A stretch of 64,000 bases of DNA from Eledone cirrhosa (Eukaryota). Below the pieces are notes generated by a model. It made no database searches. It was not told the DNA's origin and saw nothing but the letters and a program-made list of their open reading frames with translations. Where the stretch lies: assembly GCA_964016885.1 (NCBI GenBank), contig OZ024748.1:1302001-1366000 (forward strand). Direction: 5' to 3'. Below are positions 54,039 to 64,000 of the stretch, piece after piece. Each line of letters begins with the position of its first letter. Within the stretch, counting starts at the first letter, position 1. A program made the translations under genes and the position numbers.

Positions 54039-54267
54039 ATATATATATATATTCTCAGCATATATCATCATCATCATCATCAACATGTTTAACGTCCATC
54101 TTCCACGCTAGCATGGGTTAGACGGGAGTTGTCCCATTTTGAGGCAAGGTTGGTCGGGTGACCGTGTCACGCTCATATAGGACTATCTGGCAGGTTTTCT
54201 ACGGCTGGGTGCCCTTCCTAACACCAACCACATTTACAGTCTGGACTGGGAACTTTTTACCATGTCA

Positions 54268-54364
<97 letters not shown>

Positions 54365-54640
54365 ATATTAACAAATGGAAACTATATTTATAAAACCATA
54401 TTTATTTCATTATACATATTTCAAAGACACCAAAGCAAATTATGGTGCGCTTTCATCAGATAAAATATAATATAGATCAGTTTTATAAACAAATATTGAC
54501 ATACCCTTAAAGAATGCGACCATGTCGGTTGGAAGCTCCCGGATATATATATATATATTTATATTTATATATATATATATATATAAATGTAAGTATGTAT
54601 GTATACGTACATACATATATGTATACAGACGTACAGTAGC

Positions 54641-54689
<49 letters not shown>

Positions 54690-54690
<1 letters not shown>

Positions 54691-55055
54691 CGAAGGAAAT
54701 GTGGTAAGGAACCAGGTGGACCATAACGCACCAAAGTACTCAATACTTGATGTAGTAGAGTGGGTAATAGGAACCAGTAAGACCCCGACAGCTGAGCTCA
54801 AGCCGTTTCGACGGCTAATTCTGGACTAAATGAAAATTTATCCTGGTATTTAAATAGCCGATCTTCTCAAGGGGTAATTCCATATATGGTCAAAGTGATT
54901 GTCAAAAATCAGTACTGATTTTTGACAATCACTTTGACCATATATGGAATTACCCCTTGAGAAGATCGGCTATTTAAATACCAGGATAAATTTTCATTTA
55001 GTCCAGAATTAGCCGTCGAAACGGCTTGAGCTCAGCTGTCGGGGTCTTACTGGTT

Positions 55056-55060
<5 letters not shown>
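54690..55060. mobile_element. repeat family X with a 294-bp spacerless palindrome (54767-55060)
   Basis: centre CAGT|ACTG at 54913/54914; family also at 56780-56980, 62018-62190, 62565-62605. Confidence 0.85.
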
Positions 55061-55121
<61 letters not shown>

Positions 55122-55811
55122 CATACAGGCACACATATATATATGTACGTATCAGTTTAGCGAATATTTATTATAACATTCGCTTTGTTCGTTTGTAAAC
55201 AAACGGACAGCCTGATTTATGCCGTACGGTGTTAAGGCAACCACGTCACCTTTTTATTCAACACTGACACATATGTATGTACGTATACATACATACTTAC
55301 ATTTAAGTAAGTGCCGTACTAAGAGTGAGAAATGAAATTTCGTTTCATTCTATTCCAATTTATCGTTTTCGGTGCGCCTGGCCGACTGAACTCACTCGAT
55401 ATGCAAATTAGGCTGCTCAGCCGTTAATTTTCATAAGGAAAGTATATACTTTCGAACGTTCAGCCATCTGGCAGAAGGGTATACGGTGCTGACGATAGCT
55501 AACAAGCTTGAAACTAGTACATCGTTCCTGTGTCAGTGTTGAACAAAAAGGTGACGAAGTTGCCTTAACACCGTACGGCATAAATTCAGGCTGTCCGTTT
55601 GTTTACAAACGAACAAAGCGAATGTTATAATAAATATTCGCTAAACTGATACGTACATATATATATATGTGTGCCTGTATGTATATATATATATATATAC
55701 ATGCTACTGTACGTCTGTATACATATATGTATGTACGTATACATACATACTTACATTTAAATAAGTGCCGTATTAAGAGTGAGAAATGAAATTTCGTTTC
55801 ATTCTATTCTA

Positions 55812-55854
<43 letters not shown>

Positions 55855-55863
<9 letters not shown>

Positions 55864-56720
55864 ATATGGGTGAGTAGAATACTGCTGGTTGCACATGGAT
55901 AACATGTTATAAAATGAGTCCCTCATCAGTGATTTACCAAACGATCATGGGTATTTCATCGCATTAAAAATCATATACCTCACGTTGGAGCGATAATAAC
56001 TAAAATAAGTTATTAGGACAAAAGAAACGTGTAAAGCGAGTGAGACAAGTAAACAACACAGGGGGAAGCTAACCGAAGATGGAAATAAACACAAGCAACA
56101 TAGTTATTCTTTCAGCATAAGCTGTGTGAATATATGAGCGAGTCAAGAAAACAGACCTTTCGCTAGTGAATCCGGTGTTAGAAAGAATGAAAACCGTTTT
56201 CCCAGCGAACGGGAGGAAGAAAGAAGGGAGAAACAGGGACTGAGTGAGTGGGAGTGCGAGGAAGAGGTCAGTAGAGAGAAAGAGTTAACTGACCTGGCAG
56301 AGGGGACGAAAGAAAGTAAGAGAGTAAGAGAGAACGAGGGAGCAGTAAGAGTGTAAGAGAGAAACACAGAATTGCAGTTTGGGTAAATATATGAAAATAT
56401 GGGTGAGTAGAATACTGCTGGTTGCACATGGATAACATGTTATAAAATGAGTCCCTCATCAGTGATTTACCAAACGATCATGGGTATTTCATCGCATTAA
56501 AAATCATATACCTCACGTTGGAGCGATAATAACTAAAATAAGTTATTAGGACAAAAGAAACGCGTAAAGCGAGTGAGACAAGTAAACAACACAGGGTGAA
56601 GCTAACCGAAGATGGAAATAAACACAAGCAACATAGTTATTCTTTCAGCATAAGCTGTGTGAATATATGAGCGAGTCAAGAAAACAGACCTTTCGCTAGT
56701 GAATCCGGTGTTAGAAAGAA

Positions 56721-56723
<3 letters not shown>
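55855..56723. repeat. ~336-bp direct repeats 533 bp apart, embedded in (AT)n
   Basis: 55855-56190 is nearly identical to 56388-56723. Confidence 0.9.
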
Positions 56724-56780
<57 letters not shown>

Positions 56781-57404
56781 CGGAGGAAATGTGGTAAGGA
56801 ACCAGGTGGACCATAACGCACTAAAGTACTCAATACTTAAGGTAGTAGAGTGGGTAATAGGAACGAGTAGGACCCCGACGGCTGAGCTCAAGCCGTGTCG
56901 ACGGCTAATTCTGGACTAAAATAGTCCAGAATTAGCCGTCGAAACGGCTTGAGCTCAGCCGTCGGGGTCCTACTCGTTCATATATATATATATATATATA
57001 TATATTCTCAGCATATATAGTGTATTTAAAAATAAAAGGAAAGCACAAACGGGGGGCAATCCCTTCATCAGCTCTCTGCTGGCGATCACAAGACATTTCA
57101 ACGCATTAAAGACAATATGTCTAACTCCAGTGCGTCACTAACTTGTGGAGGTTATTGGGGCACGAAAAAAAGGAGAGAGAGAAAAAATGAAACAAAAGGG
57201 AATAAAGGAAAAAAAACGCAAAGAACATACCGAAAAGAAGGGGGGGAGGAGAAGCACATGTATGTAAGTAACTTTACACATGTAATACTTATGTTTCAGG
57301 GAGTGTTCTGTGCAAAGAAAAATTCAAACTTTCAATGCCCTAGGGACCACAATAGGCGATTTAGCGATCTCTCTCTATAATTCTTAGTCTTTCTCTTTTT
57401 AGAT

Positions 57405-58024
57405 AGATATATACATATAACGTCGCGCCCTTATAATATCTGTCTGTATGTCTGCTGTCTGCATTACGTCATTTCCCTGAGGATGTGTGTGTGTGTGAGT
57501 TTGAATCCCTAAAACTCGAGAAGTACCCAACCGACCTTTTTCAAACTTTACATGTGTATTACTTATATTTCAGGGAGTGTTATGCACATTAAAAAATTCA
57601 ACTTTACGTCAGACTGATTTCCTTTAAATTATAACTATGTATTAGTCAGTCTCTTCTTCCTATCGTGAGCAAAGAAAATCCAACTTTTTTATGGGCTAAG
57701 GCCCGCATTAGGTGAAAAACTTCATTTTTTCACCTTTTTAGGGCTTTTTTGAGGTGTTACGTCTAGCCGATTTTCCCGAAATTTCAAGGCATATTATGCA
57801 CATAAAAAAAATTCATTTTCTTGATCCCCTAGGGCCTGCATTGGGTGAAAACCTGCATTTTTCCTGCTTCATCGAGGAAAATCTTAAAGATTATCCAGCC
57901 ATCAGAGTATTCGGTTTATTTTCTTTACATATTGTCCAGGCATACAGTTTTTCCACGATATGGTCTATTGGCGGCCCGCGTTCCAAAATACCTTATCCCG
58001 TGCAACGCCGGGTACCACTGCTAG
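57405..58024 (+). mobile_element. Helitron-like element (3' end clear, 5' end approximate)
   Basis: CCCGTGCAACGCCGGG hairpin then CTAG|T. Confidence 0.6.
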
Positions 58025-58399
58025 TGATATATATATATATATATATATATATGTTTGAATTTAAAATTGTCCCAAGTCAGTTAAATGCTGAGAAATAGAT
58101 ATAAATCTATATTGAGAGAAAGACTGGGACAATTCAGGCATGTCATTGATATATAGTCATGAGTGTGTCTCTCTTTCTTTGTTATGTCTCTCTATCATCA
58201 TCATCATCGTCGTCGTCATCATCATCATCATCGTTTAACGTCTATTTTCCACCCTAGCATTGGTTAGACTGGTTTGTCCCATTTAGAGGCTAGTTGGGTC
58301 GGGTGACTCAATGTAATTCAAGTATAAAAGATATATATATATATATATATATATGTCTCACTCAATGTAATTCAAGTATAAAAGATATATAAAAGATAT

Positions 58400-59034
58400 A
58401 TATCATCATCATCATCATCGTTTAACGTCCCTGTTCCATGCTTGCATGGGTTTGGACGGGGGTTTTCCCACTTGAGGCGAGAGTGGTTGTCTTGCTCGCA
58501 TAGGACTGTCTGGCGGGTTTTCTACAGCTGGATGCCCTTCCTAACACCAACCACATTTACAGTGTGGGACTGGGAGGTTTTTACTGTGTTGCCTACACGG
58601 CCACATTACAGCGTGGACTGTGTGTTTTTTGTCGTGACACCTACACGATCTCATTTGTTTCGGCCTGGATGTTGTGGCACCAACATAACTTTGCATTGAA
58701 GGGGGTGGTGTGGATGGGGTGGGACGGGGGTGTATTTTGTTAGAGATGCCTACTGACTAGTACGTTTTACTTTGTATTTAGGTAAGGCGGGTCTTCTCTG
58801 TTACTGAGTACCGTCAAAGGTCTCTGTCCAGTGACATTGTCTTGGAGAGGTGTAAGTGTGTGAGGTCGGAATTTATCAGCTCGTCCCAGGTTTTCCTGGG
58901 TTTGCCTACTCCGTGGCTACCGTCTATCTTTATTGCCCTGCACTTTGATATACAGCTGTCGTCTTTCATGCGCATCACGTGACCATACCAACGTAGCCTT
59001 CTCTCGAGTAAACAACATCTGATCCCTCTTATTA

Positions 59035-59035
<1 letters not shown>
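58400..59035 (-). mobile_element. RTE-clade LINE 3' end with 3' UTR and (GAT)n tail
   Basis: [28 protein letters not shown]; UTR-only copies at 54063-54270, 58195-58310 and 60988-61245. Confidence 0.85.
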
Positions 59036-60905
<1,870 letters not shown>

Positions 60906-61214
60906 GAGTGAGTATGTTTTTTTGTGAATGTGTCTGTTGATTTTTGGCATATAGTTGATTAGTTTAAGAGAAGTTCGAAGATAATTGGTAGGTGTCACGA
61001 CAAAAAACACACAGTCCACGCTGTAATGTGGCCGTGTAGGCAACACGGTAAAAACCTCCCAGACCCACACTGTAAATGTGGTTGGTGTTAGGAAGGGTAT
61101 CCAACTGTAGAAAACCTGCCAGACAGTCCTATACGAGCAAGACAATCACTCTTGCCTCAAGTGGGACTACCCCCGTCCAAACCCATGCAAGCGTGGAACA
61201 CGGACGTTAAACGT

Positions 61215-61245
<31 letters not shown>

Positions 61246-62691
61246 ATGCACTCAGTATTTTGAATCTGTCTACAGAATTCTCTAAACCTTTGTCACTTAG
61301 TAGAACCTTAATGATTTTAGCTTTTAAAGAATCTCCCTTTTCTTTAATTCTATCTACCATGACTGACCCCCCACTGATCTTATAGACATCTGTTAGCTTA
61401 AGAGAAACTTAATGACAAGGAATGGTATGCCATCCGGAACCTGTTCATAGAATTCTGTCTGCCTTTGTTACTCTAAAAACATAAATAAATAAAAATAAAC
61501 TATAGCTTTGTAGAATTAGCTTTTAATGTATTCCCTTTTCTATCAACCAATGACCTACACCCATCCCACTCCCCACCATCTCCTACCACTTGTAGAGACC
61601 TATAAATACCATTTTTATTTTTTGATACCCAGATTCCTGATGATTTCTAAAGAATGAAACAGTTCTAGTCCTGTAGAATCTCATCTATATTAAAACTTTT
61701 ATACTCTGCTATGTATTGAGTACCTTACTTACTGTGGTTACCTCCGATTCAACCCGGAATAACGTATATATATATATATATATACTTGAATTGTTATGGC
61801 TCTGAATAAAGTCTATTGAGCTAGTTTATTGAGAAGCACAAAAATTAAACATACTCACTATGTTTTGATTCTTCACATTTATTATCATTAACATTTAACT
61901 TTGCCTTTCATCCTTACGGGGTCGATAAAATAAAGTAGTAGTAATGTACTGGGTATTTGCTTGCCTTGTGCCTAAAATAGAAACAATTAACATTATATAT
62001 ATATATATATATATATATAGGAAAAGAGTGAGGACCCCAACAGCTGAGCTCCGGCCGTTTTGACAGCTAACAGCCGGAGCTCAACCGTCGGGGTCCTGAC
62101 TCTTTTCCTATTACCCACTTTACTACCCTAAGTATTGAGTACTCTGGTGCGTTATGGTCCATCTGGTTTATTACCACCCTTTCTTTGTTTTATATATATA
62201 TGTGTGTGTGTGTGTGTGTGCTTAAAATAAACAGAAATAACAACACAATAGGTACATTATATGGAAGGAATATATTAGTTTAACACTTGAAATAGCAGGA
62301 AGGGGGTCTTAACGTTTCGGGCGCTAGTCCTTCATTAGAAGAAAGAATGAGAAATTAAAAAGATTGAAGGGACGGGTAGGGCAGAATCGGAAAAAATGTT
62401 TTTAGAGAAAAATAACAGGTCCGTTCATGCCGCCATCTCTTGGAAAATTGTTGATGTTGGCGTATATATATATCAGGATGGATTCAGTTTGAAACTGGTT
62501 AGGCCATTACTCACCAGTATACTCGATACTTGGTATAACAGAGTATGGTTATCTCATAAAGAGTCAGGACCCCAACAGCTGAGCTCTTGCCGTTTCAACA
62601 GCTAGTTCAAGAATGTCTTTGACAATAATATCTGGCCAATAAGTCTACATAAGTCTTTTTTTCTGTTGGTATTTCATAATGAGGCAGCGAA

Positions 62692-63970
62692 TTGTCAGAG
62701 TGGTTAGAACGTCAGATAGAATGGCAGAGTGGTTAGAACGTCAGATAGAATGGCAGAGTGGTTAGGACGTCAGATAGAATGGCAGAGTGGTTAGGACGTC
62801 AGATAGAATGGCAGAGTGGTTAGGACGTCAGATAGAATGGCAGAGTGGTTAGAACGTCAGATAGAATGGCAGAGTGGTTAGGACGTCAGATAGAATGGCA
62901 GAGTGGTTAGGACGTCAAATAGAATGGCAGAGTGGTTAGAACGTCGGATAGAATGGCAGAGTGGTTAGAACGTCGGATAGAATGGCAGAGTGGTTAGAAC
63001 GTCAGATAGAATGGCAGAGTGGTTAGAACGTTGGATAGAATGGCAGAGTGGTTAGGACGTCAGATAGAATGGTAGAGTGGTTAGAACGTCAGATAGAATG
63101 GCAGAGTGGTTAGGACGTCAGATAGAATGGTAGAGTGGTTAGAACGTTGGATAGAATGGCAGAGTGGTTAGGACGTCAGATAGAATGGTAGAGTGGTTAG
63201 GACGTCAGATAGAATGGCAGAGAGGTTAGAACGTTGTATAGAATGGCAGAGTGGTTAGGACGTCAGATAGAATGGTAGAGTGGTTAGAACGTCAGATAGA
63301 ATGGCAGAGTGGTTAGGACGTCAGATAGAATGGCAGGGAGGTTAGAACGTTGAATAGAATGGCAGAGTGGTTAGGACGTCAGATAGAATGGTAGAGTGGT
63401 TAGGACGTCAGATAGAATGGCAGAGAGGTTAGAACGTTGTATAGAATGGCAGAGTGGTTAGGACGTCAGATAGAATGGTAGAGTGGTTAGAACGTCAGAT
63501 AGAATGGCAGAGTGGTTAGAACGTCAGATAGAATGGCAGAGTGGTTAGGACGTCAGATAGAATGGTAGAGTGGTTAGAACGTCAGATAGAATGGCAGAGT
63601 GGTTAGGACGTCAGATAGAATGGTAGAGTGGTTAGAACGTCAGATAGAATGGCAGAGAGGTTAGGACGTCAGATAGAATGGTAGAGTGGTTAGAACGTCA
63701 GATAGAATGGCAGAGAGGTTAGGACGTCAGATAGAATGGCAGAGTGGTTAGAACGTCAGATAGAATGGTAGAGTGGTTAGAACGTCAGATAGAATGGCAG
63801 AGAGGTTAGGACGTCAGATAGAATGGCAGAGTGGTTAGAACGTCAGATAGAATGGCAGAGTGGTTAGGACGTCAGATAGAATGGCAGATAGGTTAGGACG
63901 TCAGATAGAATGGCAGAGTGGTTAGAACGTCAGATAGAATGGCAGAGTGGTTAGAACGTCAGATAGAATG
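62692..63970 (+). repeat. 29-bp minisatellite (~44 units) built from a SINE/tRNA A-box head
   Basis: unit TGG(C/T)AGAG(T/A)GGTTAG(A/G)ACGTCAGATAGAA; followed by ...CTCTCTGAGT, the apparent start of a B-box at the window edge. Confidence 0.93.
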
Positions 63971-64000
63971 CTTTGTGTTATTCGTTCCAGCTCTCTGAGT

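Noticed and set aside
55918-57075. Further hammerheads at minus-strand CTGATGA (near 55925, 56458, 57068)
   Set aside because: No correctly placed GAAA and stems could be found.

Overview
Eukaryotic (animal) genomic DNA that is almost entirely repeats: (AT)n/(GT)n/(ACAT)n/(CTA)n microsatellites, tRNA-derived SINEs, Tx1, RTE and R4/Dong-type LINE relics, non-autonomous Helitrons, a solo LTR, minisatellites, and fold-back elements carrying minimal hammerhead-ribozyme motifs. The repeat landscape looks like an octopus/cephalopod genome (inference only). Nearly all ORF-track entries are translated repeats. The main host-gene signal is three widely spaced, same-strand paralogous exons (10044-10229, 30215-30406, 44930-45121). 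Each starts with ATG, encodes a signal peptide plus the N-terminal lid helix of an angiotensin-converting-enzyme (peptidase M2, ACE/ACE2-like) protein, and ends in a phase-0 GT donor at the same aligned position. I found no further ACE exon between or after them by eye. The best reading is a cluster of alternative, sequence-diverged first exons splicing onto shared catalytic exons downstream of the window (variable/constant architecture as in clustered protocadherins or UGT1A). This needs transcript evidence. All alignments and counts were done by eye; no database search was run.
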